In this document: positions 30,201 to 41,789 of the stretch, one piece after another
How the letters are laid out: the number at the start of each line of letters is the position of its first letter
How positions within the stretch are numbered: the stretch's first letter is position 1
The notes under the pieces: model-generated
The model's database searches: none
What the model saw: the letters and a program-made list of their open reading frames with translations, nothing else
What the model was told of the DNA's origin: nothing
DNA from: an uncultured Alphaproteobacteria bacterium
GTDB taxonomy: Bacteria; Pseudomonadota; Alphaproteobacteria; HIMB59; GCA-002718135
Length of the DNA stretch: 64,000 bases
Direction of reading: 5' to 3'
NCBI GenBank assembly: GCA_902623585.1
Contig: CACNUO010000005.1
Span: 984 to 64,983, forward strand
Made by a program: the position numbers and the translations under genes

Positions 30201-31493
30201 CTATTTAATTTTATTTTTAAAAATCCAATCTATTTTCTTTAGATCGTTATCATCTTTAATGATTTTTTTGATTTCTTCTGAATTTAATTTTTTGTTTAAT
30301 TCTTTATTTTTTTGTAAAACTCGAGAAAAATTCTTATTATTATTCCATGTTTCCATGGCACTTTCTTGAACAATTTTATAGGCTTCTTGTCTTTTCAATC
30401 CTTTTTCAATTAGTTTTAACATAATATTGTGAGTTCTATGTAAACCTCCAAGCATATTCAAATTTTTCAACATATTTTTTGGATAGACTTTTAAATTCTT
30501 TATAATGCCATTTAAACGACTCAGTGCAAAATCAGTTGCAATTGTAATATCTGGAGTCGTAATTCTTTCAACACTAGAATGGCTAATATCTCTCTCGTGC
30601 CAAAGAACAATATTTTCTAGTGAAGGTATTACACCACTTCTAATATAACGTGAGATACCTGTTAAGTTCTCACTTAATACTGGATTACGTTTGTGAGGCA
30701 TTGCAGAAGAACCCTTTTGCTTAGTAGAAAAACTTTCTTCAACTTCTAATACCTCTGTTTTTTGTAAATTTCGAATTTCAACTGCAAACCTCTCAATTGA
30801 AGATGCTAAAATTCCTAGTACAGAGAAAAAATACGCATGCCTATCTCTTGGAATTATTTGAGTTGATACATCTTCAGAATTTAGTTGAAGTTTTTTTGCT
30901 ACATAATCTTGAACTCGTGGGTCTATAGAATTAAATGTTCCAACAGGTCCAGAAATAGCACAAACAGATATTTCGTTGATCGCCTGATCAAGTCTTTCTA
31001 AATTTCTTTTAAACTCAAAATAAAAGGAAGATAATTTTAATCCAAAAGTAATAGGTTCAGCATGTATCCCATGACTTCTTCCAATCATTAATGTGTTTTT
31101 ATATTTTTTAGATTTGATTTTTAAACTTTGAATACATTCTACTAAACTTTTTCTTATTATTTCAGAGGTTTGCTTAAGTTGTACAGAAAATGAAGTATCA
31201 ATAATATCACTTGATGTTACACCAAAATGAAAATACTTTGATGATTCGCCAATATATTTGCTTACATTATTAATATAAGCAACAACATCATGTTTTGTTT
31301 CTTTTTCAATTTTTTCTATTTCTTTAATATTAAATTTTGCTTTATTTCTTATTTCTTTTGCTGCTTTTTTTGGAATAACGCCGAGCATTGCTTGTTTTTC
31401 TGCAATCAAACACTCAATTTCTGTCCAAATTGTAAATTTATTTTCTAATGACCAAATCTTTTCAATTTTAGGTCTATTATATCTAGGTATCAT
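30201..31493 (-). CDS. purB: Adenylosuccinate lyase
   Basis: MIPRY, TKHDV, GRSHGIHAEP, GSSAMPHKRNP, WHERDISHSS. Confidence 0.96.
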   Translation of the reverse strand: MIPRYNRPKIEKIWSLENKFTIWTEIECLIAEKQAMLGVIPKKAAKEIRNKAKFNIKEIEKIEKETKHDVVAYINNVSKYIGESSKYFHFGVTSSDIIDTSFSVQLKQTSEIIRKSLVECIQSLKIKSKKYKNTLMIGRSHGIHAEPITFGLKLSSFYFEFKRNLERLDQAINEISVCAISGPVGTFNSIDPRVQDYVAKKLQLNSEDVSTQIIPRDRHAYFFSVLGILASSIERFAVEIRNLQKTEVLEVEESFSTKQKGSSAMPHKRNPVLSENLTGISRYIRSGVIPSLENIVLWHERDISHSSVERITTPDITIATDFALSRLNGIIKNLKVYPKNMLKNLNMLGGLHRTHNIMLKLIEKGLKRQEAYKIVQESAMETWNNNKNFSRVLQKNKELNKKLNSEEIKKIIKDDNDLKKIDWIFKNKIK

Positions 31494-31503
31494 TTTTTTC
31501 TAC

Positions 31504-32298
31504 TTATACATCCTTTATTGGAAAAGCTGTATTATTTTTAGATAATGTAAATACTTCATTTCCTTCATCTGTTATTCCAATTGTATGCTCGAATTGAGCA
31601 GATAAAGATTTATCTTTTGTTACAGCTGTCCATCCATCATTTAATATTTTTGTTTGCCATCCACCTAAATTAATCATTGGTTCAATAGTTAAAAACATTC
31701 CAGGTTCTAACATTGGTCCCTCACCTGGTTCTCCAAAGTGTAAAACACTAGGTGGTGTATGAAATTCTTTTCCAATTCCATGACCACAAAAATCTCTTAC
31801 CACAGAATAACCTTTTCCTTCTGCAAGTTTCTGAATTTTATTTCCTATATCACCAATATGCTTTCCAGGTTTAGCTTCACTAATACCAATTAATAAAGAT
31901 TCATAAGTTATTTTCAAAAATTCATAATTTTTTTTATTTGTCTTGCCTGCAACAAACATTCTCGAACTATCACCATGCCAACCATTTAGAATAACTGTTA
32001 CATCTACATTTACTATATCACCATCAGATAGAATTTTCCTTTCAGAAGGTATTCCATGACAAACAACATGATTTACAGATGTACAAACTGATTTTGGGAA
32101 ACCTTTATAATTTAAAGGAGCAGGTATTGCTTTATTTTGAATAATTTGATCATGGCATATGTCATTTATTTCTTGAGTACTTATTCCTGGAACAATCTTT
32201 TCACTTAAAGAATCTAGAACATCAGCAGCTAAAGAACCAGCCTCCCTCATGCCCTCAAAATCTTTTTTCGTATGTATTGGGATATTGTTGTTTCTCAT
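31504..32298 (-). CDS. map: Methionine aminopeptidase type I
   Basis: CTSVNHVVCHGIP, GDSSR, FCGHGIG, TIEPMIN, SAQFEHT. Confidence 0.96.
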   Translation of the reverse strand: MRNNNIPIHTKKDFEGMREAGSLAADVLDSLSEKIVPGISTQEINDICHDQIIQNKAIPAPLNYKGFPKSVCTSVNHVVCHGIPSERKILSDGDIVNVDVTVILNGWHGDSSRMFVAGKTNKKNYEFLKITYESLLIGISEAKPGKHIGDIGNKIQKLAEGKGYSVVRDFCGHGIGKEFHTPPSVLHFGEPGEGPMLEPGMFLTIEPMINLGGWQTKILNDGWTAVTKDKSLSAQFEHTIGITDEGNEVFTLSKNNTAFPIKDV

Positions 32299-32355
32299 TT
32301 AAAAAATAATTACTTACGATTAATAAATAATATATAGAAAATATCAATTAATCAT

Positions 32356-33102
32356 ATGAGTTCTTTTACTGCAGGAGTTATTGTTATTGGTGATGAAATA
32401 CTTTCTGGCAGAACTCAAGATACAAACTCAAATTATATTGCAAAAAAATTATTAGAAGCTGGTATTAAGTTAGAAGAAGTTATTGTTATTCAGGATGAGA
32501 AAAAAACAATAATAGAAAATGTTTTAAAATATAGCTCAAAATATTCTTATGTTTTTACTACTGGAGGAATTGGACCAACTCATGATGATATAACTTCAGA
32601 AAGTATATCTGAAGCCTTTAATGTACAATATGAAACAAATAAAATGGCATTTGAAATTCTTGAAAATTATTATCCAAAAGGTGAATTTAATGAAAGTAGG
32701 CAAAGAATGGCCAAAATGCCATTTGGTTCTGAGCTTATTTTAAATCCAATGACTGCTGCACCAGGATTTATTGTAAAAAATATTTATGTTTTACCAGGTG
32801 TGCCAGAAATAATGCAAGTTATGTTTGAGGAATTATTGAAAAAAATTAAAAAAGGTAAACCAAAACTTGTTACAACAATTAATACTAATTTATACGAAAG
32901 TAAAATTGCAAAAAATTTAAAAAATATTCAAAAAAATTATGCAAATGCATCAATCGGTAGTTACCCATTTTTTAATCTTGCAGCTAAAACAGGCGGTGTT
33001 AACATAGTTGTTTCATCATGGGATATGAAATCTATCCAACCAATAGTTGATGATATAACTAAGATGATTGAATTAAATGGTGGAAAAAGTTCTATAGTTT
33101 GA
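32356..33102 (+). CDS. CinA-like molybdopterin-binding domain protein
   Basis: IGDEILSGRTQDTN, TGGIGPTHDDIT, LPGVP. Confidence 0.9.
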   Translation: MSSFTAGVIVIGDEILSGRTQDTNSNYIAKKLLEAGIKLEEVIVIQDEKKTIIENVLKYSSKYSYVFTTGGIGPTHDDITSESISEAFNVQYETNKMAFEILENYYPKGEFNESRQRMAKMPFGSELILNPMTAAPGFIVKNIYVLPGVPEIMQVMFEELLKKIKKGKPKLVTTINTNLYESKIAKNLKNIQKNYANASIGSYPFFNLAAKTGGVNIVVSSWDMKSIQPIVDDITKMIELNGGKSSIV

Positions 33103-33117
33103 TATTAGTCAAAATTA

Positions 33118-33202
33118 GGCCTCGTGGTGGAATGGTAGACACAAAGGACTTAAAATCCTTGCCCTTTTGGGAGTGCCGGTTCAAGTCCGGCCGAGGCTAC
33201 CA
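33118..33202 (+). tRNA. tRNA-Leu (anticodon TAA)
   Basis: Acceptor GGCCTCG/CGAGGCT + ACCA, D loop GGAATGGTAGAC, anticodon arm AAGGA-CTTAAAA-TCCTT, long variable arm, GGTTCAAGTCC. Confidence 0.97.
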
Positions 33203-33213
33203 ATCTCTAAATT

Positions 33214-33588
33214 ATGTTTGCTTTTATTACTATTGGGACAAATAATTTAAAAAAATCATCTGCATTTTATAATAAAATTTTAAAACCTCTAAAAATTAAA
33301 AAAGTTTTATCTCATAATCGATATTATGGTTATGCTAAAAAAGAAACTCCTAAAAAAATAGAATTATACTTGATTAGACCTCATAACAAAAAAAAAGCAA
33401 CCATAGGAAATGGTACAATGATTACTTTTAAAGCTAATTCTAAAAAAACTGTTAATGAATTTTATAAAATTGGAATTAGTATTGGAGCAAAAGATGAAGG
33501 AATGCCTGGGCCCAGACATGGTAAAGATTATTATGCATATTTAAGGGATTTAGATGGCAACAAGATTTGTATTTTTAAAAAAATTTGA
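33214..33588 (+). CDS. VOC/glyoxalase family protein
   Basis: ITIGTNNL..S..FY, GNGTMITF, GAKDEG.PG.R, YAYLRDLDGNKIC. Confidence 0.88.
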   Translation: MFAFITIGTNNLKKSSAFYNKILKPLKIKKVLSHNRYYGYAKKETPKKIELYLIRPHNKKKATIGNGTMITFKANSKKTVNEFYKIGISIGAKDEGMPGPRHGKDYYAYLRDLDGNKICIFKKI

Positions 33589-33590
33589 TC

Positions 33591-34349
33591 TTAAAAATTA
33601 AATTGTTCATTCAAAATTTTATCTTCAATAGAGTGTTTACTATCGAACAATACAGTGCATTTATTTTCATCTGAAGATATAATATTGACTCTACTTATAT
33701 CTCTAAACTCAACATTGTCTGCAGTTACGCTAGACGAGCGTTCATCATTATTTAACACTTCAAAATCAATTTTACTAATTTCAGATAACAGAGCACCTCT
33801 CCATCTCCTTGGTCTAAAGGCACTGATTGGAGTTAATGCAAGTATGTTTGAGTCTAAAGGTAGAATGCTACCATGTGCGGATAGATTATAAGCTGTACTT
33901 CCAGCTGATGTAGATAACAAAACGCCATCACATATCAATTCTTCCATTTTTACTTTCTCATTTATTTTGATTTTAATTTTTGATGCCAAATGAGTCTGCC
34001 TCATAAGAGAAACTTCATTATATGCATATGCCTCAAAGATTTCATTATTAACACTTTGTGCAGTCATTTTTAATGGTTTAAAAGTAGATTTTTTAGCATT
34101 GGTAATCATGTCATTTAAATTTTCATTACTAAGATTATTCATTAAAAAACCAATTGAACCAAAGTTTATTCCAAAAAATGGTTTGTTTAGTTTATTAAAA
34201 TTATGAAGTGATTTTAAAAGTAATCCATCGCCTCCAATTGGAATAATGTAATCGGCATCTTCCACAGAATTTTGTCCAAATAATTCTATTAGTTTTTTTT
34301 CTGTATTTTTTGCATCAGGATTGTTTGATGATAAAAAATGAAATTTCAT
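33591..34349 (-). CDS. nadK: NAD kinase
   Basis: GGDG, GSIGFLMN, NEVS, DG...STSAGSTAYNLSA. Confidence 0.93.
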   Translation of the reverse strand: MKFHFLSSNNPDAKNTEKKLIELFGQNSVEDADYIIPIGGDGLLLKSLHNFNKLNKPFFGINFGSIGFLMNNLSNENLNDMITNAKKSTFKPLKMTAQSVNNEIFEAYAYNEVSLMRQTHLASKIKIKINEKVKMEELICDGVLLSTSAGSTAYNLSAHGSILPLDSNILALTPISAFRPRRWRGALLSEISKIDFEVLNNDERSSSVTADNVEFRDISRVNIISSDENKCTVLFDSKHSIEDKILNEQFNF

Positions 34350-35341
34350 TATCCACCTGTTACGTTCATATGTCTTTTCATATATTTATTAATTTTTTTT
34401 CCAATCATAAAATCATGTTGTTTTGGTTTGATATTAAGAGCAAACTTAATCTTTTCTTTTATATAATCATCACTATAATCTTTTCTCATTATTTCTCTAA
34501 AATCAACAAAGTCATTCTGACCAAGGCACATGAAAAGTTTACCAGTGCTCGATATTCTTACTCTATTGCAAGAGGCACAAAAATTATTTGTTAAAGGACT
34601 TATAAACCCAATTTTATTAGAAACTAAATCACTAGTATAAAATCTTGCTGGACCTCCAGTACTATAATCAATTTTACAAAAATTATATATTTTGTCTAGT
34701 TTTGAAAAAGTATCAGATAATGAGATAAACTGATATTCTCTTGATATATCTGTTTCTTCCATTGGCATTACTTCGATAAATGTAAGATCAATTTTTTTAT
34801 CACTAGTCCAATTTATTAATTCTTCAATTTCATTTTCATTAAAATCTTTAATTACTACAGTATTAATTTTAATTTTTATGTTGTTATCAAGTGCTTCATT
34901 AATTCCATCAAAAACTTTTTCAATATTTCCAAATCTTGTTATTTTATTATATTTTTCAGGATTAATTGTATCTATAGAAACATTAATCCTATTAATACCA
35001 TTTAGCTTCAGTAGTTTTGCATATTTTTTTAATAATGTACCATTTGTAGTCAGTGTTATTTCCTTTAGATTTGTTTTTTCTTTTTTCGTATTAAGTTTTG
35101 CAATTAATTTTATAATATCATTTCTTACCAAAGGCTCACCCCCAGTTAATCTAATTTTTTCAACTCCGAGTTCTATAAAGTTGTCACATAATCTTTCAAT
35201 TTCTTCTAAAGTGAGTATGTCTTTTCGAGGGAGAAATTGCATTTTTTCTTTCATACAATAAACACATCTCAGATCACATCTATCTGTAACAGATACTCTT
35301 AGATAATTTACTTTTCTTAAATACTGATCAATTAGTTGCAT
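34349..35341 (-). CDS. moaA: GTP 3',8-cyclase (radical SAM, Moco biosynthesis)
   Basis: YLRVSVTDRCDLRCVYCM, LTGGEP, FCASCNRVR, C-terminal GG. Confidence 0.96.
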   Translation of the reverse strand: MQLIDQYLRKVNYLRVSVTDRCDLRCVYCMKEKMQFLPRKDILTLEEIERLCDNFIELGVEKIRLTGGEPLVRNDIIKLIAKLNTKKEKTNLKEITLTTNGTLLKKYAKLLKLNGINRINVSIDTINPEKYNKITRFGNIEKVFDGINEALDNNIKIKINTVVIKDFNENEIEELINWTSDKKIDLTFIEVMPMEETDISREYQFISLSDTFSKLDKIYNFCKIDYSTGGPARFYTSDLVSNKIGFISPLTNNFCASCNRVRISSTGKLFMCLGQNDFVDFREIMRKDYSDDYIKEKIKFALNIKPKQHDFMIGKKINKYMKRHMNVTGG

Positions 35342-35525
35342 TTATATTAATTATTTTTAATTCAACTTCTCTAGGGTTAATAGTTTTTTTTCCAACATTT
35401 TCAAAATTAATTGTAACGATATTATTAATACATGATTGTACTTGACCAATTCCCCATTCTTTTTCTTTACTGACATTTACAACAAAAGTACCTGGTGTAA
35501 GATCACCTATATAAAAATCTGACAT
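35328..35525 (-). CDS. Small conserved protein (DUF3553-like)
   Basis: WGIGQVQS...TINFENVGKKTIN pattern. Confidence 0.7.
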   Translation of the reverse strand: MSDFYIGDLTPGTFVVNVSKEKEWGIGQVQSCINNIVTINFENVGKKTINPREVELKIININATN

Positions 35526-35534
35526 TTAAAAAAA

Positions 35535-35942
35535 TTAACTAATTCTTTTTTCTGCTTTTTCATGCATTTCTTGAGCTTCTAAACTCAATGTTGCAACTGG
35601 TCTTGCTTCTAATCTTTTGATACTAATTGGATCACCTGTTTCATCACAATAACCATATGAACCATCTTCAATTCTTTGAAGGGCGGCATCAATTTTATTA
35701 ATTAGCTTTCTTTCTCTATCTCTAGTTCTAAGTTCGAAAGATCTATCTATTTCTTCAGATGCTCTATCAGTTATGTCGGGTTTTGCTTCATTCTCATTCT
35801 GAAGATTATTTAAAGTTTGAGATGACTCCTTGAGTAAATCTTTTTTCCAACTTACTAATTTTTGCCTAAAATATTCTTTCATTTTGGCATTCATGAATTT
35901 TTCTTTCTGAGTTGGTTTGTAATTTTTGGGTAATTTAGTCAT
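35535..35942 (-). CDS. dksA: RNA polymerase-binding factor DksA (single-Cys alphaproteobacterial type)
   Basis: DITDRASEE, RTRDRERKLI.KI, YGYCDETG.PI...RLEARP; likely start MTKLP at 35942. Confidence 0.94.
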   Translation of the reverse strand: MTKLPKNYKPTQKEKFMNAKMKEYFRQKLVSWKKDLLKESSQTLNNLQNENEAKPDITDRASEEIDRSFELRTRDRERKLINKIDAALQRIEDGSYGYCDETGDPISIKRLEARPVATLSLEAQEMHEKAEKRIS

Positions 35943-36056
35943 AATTTTAAAACGTTGCTGATTTATCAAATGATTTTATTTATTCAAGATATAATGAAAT
36001 TTTATTATTTAAAAATAATTATTATTTATCAATAAGTTAATTAATCTTTTATAAAA

Positions 36057-36097
36057 GAACAAAAATAGAACTTTTAAAAATAGAACAAAACGTGTAC
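36057..36097 (+). promoter_or_regulatory. Two alphaproteobacterial LexA (SOS) boxes upstream of recA
   Basis: GAAC-AAAAATA-GAAC (36057-36071) and GAAC-AAAACGT-GTAC (36083-36097) match GAAC-N7-GAAC/GTAC. Confidence 0.85.
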
Positions 36098-36156
36098 AAG
36101 TAAACATGATTTGCAAGAATCTTAATAAAAACATAGGAAATTAATGGAGAAATGTA

Positions 36157-37266
36157 ATGTCTCAAGCTAAATTAAAAGTAGTAAATAACGAAAATTCAAT
36201 GGATAAAGAAAACAGAAGTAAATCTCTAGAAGCCGCTGTAAGCCTAATAGAGAAAAATTATGGAAAAGGCTCAATAATGAAATTGGGTTCTAAAACAAAC
36301 GTAGATATTGAAGCAATATCTACCGGTTCATTAGGGCTTGATATAGCTCTTGGTATTGGAGGAGTTCCAAAGGGTAGAATTATTGAAATTTATGGGCCTG
36401 AAAGCTCTGGTAAAACTACTTTAGCTACTCATATTGTTGCAGAGTCACAAAAACAAGGCGGTAATTGCGCATTTATAGATGCAGAGCATGCTTTAGACCC
36501 AGCATATGCAAAGAAATTAGGTGTAAATTTGGAAGAATTATTAATTTCTCAGCCTGATACAGGAGAACAAGGTTTAGAAATTGCTGATTCTTTGATTAAA
36601 TCTGGAGGTATTGATGTGCTAATTATTGATTCAGTTGCGGCACTTGTACCAAGAGCTGAATTAGAAGGCGATATGGGAGATTCATTACCTGGCTTGCAAG
36701 CAAGATTGATGAGTCAGGCTTTAAGAAAACTCACAAGTTCTATCGCTCAATCAAACACTCTAGTTGTATTCATAAATCAACTTAGAATGAAAATTGGCGT
36801 TATGTTTGGTAGTCCTGAGACAACTACAGGCGGTAATGCTTTAAAATTTTATTCTTCCGTAAGAATGGACATTAGAAGAATTGGAGCAATTAAAGATAAA
36901 GATGAAATCATTGGAAATCAAACTAGAGTAAAGATAGTTAAAAATAAAGTTGCGCCTCCATTCAAAGTTGTTGAATTTGATATAATGTACGGAGAGGGTA
37001 TATCTAAATTAGGCGAATTAGTTGATTTAGGTGTTAAAGCAGAAATTATTGATAAATCTGGATCATGGTTTGCATACAAAAATACTAAAATAGGACAAGG
37101 TAGAGAAAACGTTAAAAACTTTCTTAACGACAATCCAACTATAGCTAAAGAAATTGAAAATCAAATTCTCCAAAATGCTGGAATAGTTGAAAAAGCTATG
37201 ATGGAAGGAAAAGTAGAGAATAAAGAAAAAGAAAAAGAAAAAGAAGCTGAAGAAATAAAAGAATAG
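36157..37266 (+). CDS. recA: Recombinase RecA
   Basis: [43 protein letters not shown]. Confidence 0.99.
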   Translation: MSQAKLKVVNNENSMDKENRSKSLEAAVSLIEKNYGKGSIMKLGSKTNVDIEAISTGSLGLDIALGIGGVPKGRIIEIYGPESSGKTTLATHIVAESQKQGGNCAFIDAEHALDPAYAKKLGVNLEELLISQPDTGEQGLEIADSLIKSGGIDVLIIDSVAALVPRAELEGDMGDSLPGLQARLMSQALRKLTSSIAQSNTLVVFINQLRMKIGVMFGSPETTTGGNALKFYSSVRMDIRRIGAIKDKDEIIGNQTRVKIVKNKVAPPFKVVEFDIMYGEGISKLGELVDLGVKAEIIDKSGSWFAYKNTKIGQGRENVKNFLNDNPTIAKEIENQILQNAGIVEKAMMEGKVENKEKEKEKEAEEIKE

Positions 37267-37284
37267 TAAATATTATTTTTGTTT

Positions 37285-37313
37285 AGCGCCTATTTCAAAA
37301 TAGGCGCTTTTTT
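37285..37313 (+). terminator. Rho-independent terminator of recA
   Basis: AGCGCCTATT-tcaa-AATAGGCGCT followed by T run. Confidence 0.85.
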
Positions 37314-37351
37314 ATTTAGACAATAGAGTTTTCAAGTTATAATACCTTTTC

Positions 37352-40024
37352 ATGAATTCAAATCAGATTAGGTCAACATTTCTCAATTATTTTAAAAAAA
37401 ATGGACATGAGGTTATTCATTCTAGCTCTCTAGTGCCAGATAATGATCCTACTCTAATGTTTGCTAACTCTGGAATGGTACAATTTAAAAATATTTTTAC
37501 AGGTAAAGAGACAAGAGATTATAAAAGAGCGACTACTGCTCAGAAATGTGTAAGAGCAGGTGGTAAGCATAATGATTTAGAAAATGTAGGATACACGACA
37601 AGACACCATACTTTTTTTGAAATGTTAGGTAATTTCTCTTTTGGAGATTATTTTAAAGAGTTTGCCATAGAACTAGCATGGAATCTAATTACTAAAGAAT
37701 ATGCAATAAATAAAGATAGATTATTAGTAACTGTTTATTCTGATGATCAGGAAGCTTTTGATTTATGGAAAAAAATAGCTGGATTGTCTGAAAATAAAAT
37801 AATTAAAATAAGTACTTCTGATAATTTTTGGTCAATGGGTGAAACTGGTCCCTGCGGTCCATGTTCTGAAATATTTTATGATCATGGTGATAAATACGAA
37901 GGAGGTCCTCCAGGTTCTCCAAACGAAGATGGTGATAGATTTATAGAAATATGGAATTTAGTATTTATGCAATATGAGCAAATATCTAAATCTGAGAGAA
38001 TAAACCTACCAAAACCCTCAATAGATACTGGAATGGGATTAGAGAGAATGACAGCTCTACTAGATGGTTCTAATGATAATTATTCAACAGATTTATTTCA
38101 ACCAATTATAAATGAATCAACAAAACTATGTGGTGATGAAAGTTCAATAACAAATCCTAGCCACAGAGTAATTGCAGATCACTTAAAATCTTCCTCTTTT
38201 TTAATTGCTGATGGAGTAATGCCTTCAAATGAAGGTAGAGGATACGTCTTACGAAGAATAATGAGAAGGGGAATGCGACACGCTCATTCTTTAGGTAATA
38301 AAGAGCCTGTATTTCATAAGCTATTTCCTATTTTTTTAGATGGAATTAAAAATTCATATCCTGAATTAGATAGAGCAAAAGAACTCATTACTAATACGCT
38401 AATGAATGAAGAAACTAAATTTAAGGAAACTGTTGAAAAAGGAATAAAAATATTAGATGAGGAAATTTCTAACTCAACAAATATATTTAATGGAGAGGTA
38501 GCATTTAAATTATACGACACCTATGGATTTCCCTTAGATTTAACACAAGATTATTTGAAAAGTAAAAATATTGAAGTCGATATTAAAACATTTGAACAAA
38601 AAATGTTAGATCAAAAGGAAAGAGCGAGACAAAGCTGGAAAGGTACAGGAGACATAGAGGATGAAGGCATTTGGTTTGAAATAACTTCTAAAATAGAGCC
38701 AACAGAATTTTTAGGATATTCTGATATGGAAGCTGATTGTAAAATTATTTCAATCATATCAGATAGTAAGTCAGTAGATAAAATTAAAAAAGATCAAGAA
38801 GCAATTATTATATTAAATCAAACACCTTTTTATGGAGAAAGTGGTGGTCAGGTGGGTGATCAGGGTTTTTTTGAAAATGATAACTTTAAGTTTGAAATTA
38901 TGAATACTACAAAAATATTTGGAAACTATTTTCTTCACAAAGGTAAAGTAATTAATGGTGAATGCAAAATTGAAGATACCATTAAAGCAAGCATTAATAC
39001 GGTGAATAGAGAATTTATTAAATATAATCATTCTTCTACTCATTTATTACATGCTGCACTAAGAAAAATACTGGGCAAGCATGTCACGCAGAAGGGCTCA
39101 CTTGTAAATTCAGAAAAACTTAGATTTGATTTTAGTCATAATAATCCAATTGAAAAAGATCAACTCATGAATATTGAAGAAATTGTAAATGATCAAATTC
39201 AAAAAAATGGAATTGTTGAAATTAAAATTGTGGATCAAAAAAAAGCTATTGAAGAAGGTGCGATGGCATTGTTTGGAGAAAAATATAGCGATGAAGTAAG
39301 AGTAGTAACAATGGGTCAAGAAAATGAATCATTCTTTTCAAAAGAATTATGCGGAGGAACTCATGTAGTTAAATTAGGGGAAATAAGTAAATTTAAAATA
39401 ACTAATCAATCTAGTGTTGCGTCTGGAATAAGAAGAATAGAGGCTGTATCTAATGTTGCAGTAGACAAATATATTAAAGAAATAGAAAGAAATTTATTTG
39501 AAAAAAATAAAAACCAAGATAATCAAATTGAAGATTTAAAGAATAAAATTAAAAAGATTAATGCTGATTATAATTTTAAAAATCAATCTGAAGACAAAGG
39601 TTTGTTAATTAAAGAATTAATTCAGATACACGAAAAATTAAAACAAAATATGTCTATATCAAAAAATATTGATAATATTGTTGTAAAAAAAATCAAAGAA
39701 TTAAATTTCATATACTTGATTGCTGAAGACTACCCTAATAAATCTTTGAAAACATTTATTGATGAGCAAAAAAAACAATATAACAAAAATAGTGTTTCGT
39801 TAATAATTTCAAATAATAATAACAAACTATCTATAGTGCTAGGAGTTACTGAAGATATTACAGACCTTTTTGATGCTTCAAAAGAAATAAGAGAAATTTC
39901 GATTATTCTAGGTGGCAAGGGTGGGGGTGGTAGAAAAGATCTTGCTCAAGGAGGAGGATCAGATGTTAGTCAAATTAATGAAAGTGTAAAATACGTAGAA
40001 GATAAATTAAACTCTATTAGTTAA
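37352..40024 (+). CDS. alaS: Alanine-tRNA ligase
   Basis: [57 protein letters not shown]. Confidence 0.98.
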   Translation: MNSNQIRSTFLNYFKKNGHEVIHSSSLVPDNDPTLMFANSGMVQFKNIFTGKETRDYKRATTAQKCVRAGGKHNDLENVGYTTRHHTFFEMLGNFSFGDYFKEFAIELAWNLITKEYAINKDRLLVTVYSDDQEAFDLWKKIAGLSENKIIKISTSDNFWSMGETGPCGPCSEIFYDHGDKYEGGPPGSPNEDGDRFIEIWNLVFMQYEQISKSERINLPKPSIDTGMGLERMTALLDGSNDNYSTDLFQPIINESTKLCGDESSITNPSHRVIADHLKSSSFLIADGVMPSNEGRGYVLRRIMRRGMRHAHSLGNKEPVFHKLFPIFLDGIKNSYPELDRAKELITNTLMNEETKFKETVEKGIKILDEEISNSTNIFNGEVAFKLYDTYGFPLDLTQDYLKSKNIEVDIKTFEQKMLDQKERARQSWKGTGDIEDEGIWFEITSKIEPTEFLGYSDMEADCKIISIISDSKSVDKIKKDQEAIIILNQTPFYGESGGQVGDQGFFENDNFKFEIMNTTKIFGNYFLHKGKVINGECKIEDTIKASINTVNREFIKYNHSSTHLLHAALRKILGKHVTQKGSLVNSEKLRFDFSHNNPIEKDQLMNIEEIVNDQIQKNGIVEIKIVDQKKAIEEGAMALFGEKYSDEVRVVTMGQENESFFSKELCGGTHVVKLGEISKFKITNQSSVASGIRRIEAVSNVAVDKYIKEIERNLFEKNKNQDNQIEDLKNKIKKINADYNFKNQSEDKGLLIKELIQIHEKLKQNMSISKNIDNIVVKKIKELNFIYLIAEDYPNKSLKTFIDEQKKQYNKNSVSLIISNNNNKLSIVLGVTEDITDLFDASKEIREISIILGGKGGGGRKDLAQGGGSDVSQINESVKYVEDKLNSIS

Positions 40025-41225
40025 TTTGAAAATTGTTTTTTATTGCGCTTAAAAAATCTTGAGTGTTTAACCATTTCTGATCTTTGTTAATTAATATTGC
40101 CAGATCTTTTGTCATTTCACCACTTTCTACAGTTTTGATACACGTTTCTTCTAATTTTTTAGCAAAATTTATTAATTCATTATTACCATCAAATTCTCCT
40201 CTAAAACTTAAACCTCTTGTCCAAGCAAAGATTGATGCAATAGGATTAGTTGAAGTTTCTATACCTTTCTGATGATTTCTATAATGTCTTGTAACAGTTC
40301 CATGTGCTGCTTCAGCTTCTACTGTTTTACCATCTGGGGTCATTAACACACTTGTCATTAAACCTAGTGATCCAAATCCTTGAGCAACAGAATCTGATTG
40401 AACATCTCCATCATAATTTTTACAAGCCCAAATAAAATTACCTTCCCATTTTAAAGCTGAGGCCACCATATCATCGATTAATCTATGCTCATAAACTATG
40501 TCTTTTTCTTTAAACTTATTTTTAAATTCAGTATCAAATACATCCTGAAATAAATCTTTAAATCTTCCATCGTAGACTTTTAAAATAGTATTTTTAGTAG
40601 AAAGGTAAACTGGCCAACCAAGGTTAAGTCCATAATTAAAACAAGCTCTAGCAAAGTCTTTAATTGAATTATCTAAATTATACATTGATAGGGCCACACC
40701 AGGTTTTTCAAATTCATATACATCTTTTGTAAATCCTTCAGATCCATCTTTAGGTTCAAAAACCATTTTAAGAGTTCCTGGTTTATTAATTAATGTGTCA
40801 GTCGCTCTATATTGATCACCAAAGGCATGTCTAGCAACTACAATTGGATGATTCCAGTTCGTAATTATTCTTGGAACATTTTTGCATATAATTGGCTGTC
40901 TAAATATTGTTCCTCCCAGTATATTTCTTATTGTTCCATTGGGAGAACGCCACATTTGTTTTAATTTGAATTCCTCTACTCGATTTTCATCAGGAGTAAT
41001 TGTTGCACATTTTATTCCTACACCATATTTTTTCACCGCCTCGGCAGCATCTATTGTGATTTGATCATTTGTCTCATCTCTTTTAATCACTCCAAGATCA
41101 AAATATTTGATGTCTATATCAATATATGGCAAAATTAATTGTTCTTTGATGTACTCCCAGATGATTCTGGTCATTTCATCTCCATCCATTTCAACTACAG
41201 GGTTTTTAACTTTTATTTTTGCCAT
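40017..41225 (-). CDS. icd: NADP-dependent isocitrate dehydrogenase (type II dimeric)
   Basis: [47 protein letters not shown]. Confidence 0.97.
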   Translation of the reverse strand: MAKIKVKNPVVEMDGDEMTRIIWEYIKEQLILPYIDIDIKYFDLGVIKRDETNDQITIDAAEAVKKYGVGIKCATITPDENRVEEFKLKQMWRSPNGTIRNILGGTIFRQPIICKNVPRIITNWNHPIVVARHAFGDQYRATDTLINKPGTLKMVFEPKDGSEGFTKDVYEFEKPGVALSMYNLDNSIKDFARACFNYGLNLGWPVYLSTKNTILKVYDGRFKDLFQDVFDTEFKNKFKEKDIVYEHRLIDDMVASALKWEGNFIWACKNYDGDVQSDSVAQGFGSLGLMTSVLMTPDGKTVEAEAAHGTVTRHYRNHQKGIETSTNPIASIFAWTRGLSFRGEFDGNNELINFAKKLEETCIKTVESGEMTKDLAILINKDQKWLNTQDFLSAIKNNFQIN

Positions 41226-41764
41226 TTAATTAATATATTTTTTAATTGATCAACCGTATCTATAATGTGAAAACTGTTTTGTAAATTTTTATTTGAAAAA
41301 TTTTCATCTTCAAAAAATTTAAATTGCTGAAATAGATTATCCCAGAAATTATTTTTATTAAAAAATATTATTGGCTTATTATGAATCCCCATTACTTTCC
41401 AAGATACAACTTCTACTATTTCTTCTAAAGTACCTGTTCCTCCAGGTAATGCTAAATACGCATCACCTAACTCAAATAGTAACTTTTTTCTTTCAGACAT
41501 ATTATCCACTATTTTTAATTCATCTATATTTTCAAAAATTATTTCTCTCTCAGATAAAAAATTTGGAATAACTCCCGTAACTATATTTTTATATTTTTTT
41601 GCTGTCTTAGCAACCACACCCATAATACCAACTTTTGCCCCACCGTAGACAATATTTATTTTAAATGATGATATTAATTTGCTAATTTCTTCTGCATCTT
41701 GATAATATTTATTACTTAATTTATCTGAAGATGAGCAATAGACAGTAATAGATTTAATAGTCAT
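41213..41764 (-). CDS. LOG family nucleotide monophosphate phosphoribohydrolase
   Basis: [30 protein letters not shown]. Confidence 0.9.
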   Translation of the reverse strand: MTIKSITVYCSSSDKLSNKYYQDAEEISKLISSFKINIVYGGAKVGIMGVVAKTAKKYKNIVTGVIPNFLSEREIIFENIDELKIVDNMSERKKLLFELGDAYLALPGGTGTLEEIVEVVSWKVMGIHNKPIIFFNKNNFWDNLFQQFKFFEDENFSNKNLQNSFHIIDTVDQLKNILIKWQK

Positions 41765-41789
41765 AAATTTAATGTTTATTAGAAAAAAT

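Noticed and set aside
33118-33590. tRNA-Leu as integration site for a genomic island
   Set aside because: Only one VOC gene follows; no integrase and no duplicated tRNA 3' end seen
35535-35942. DksA lacking the four-Cys zinc finger
   Set aside because: Single-Cys DksA is normal for alphaproteobacteria
37215-37263. GAAAAA tandem repeats at the recA 3' end
   Set aside because: Encodes a low-complexity EKEKEKE tail; not a repeat element
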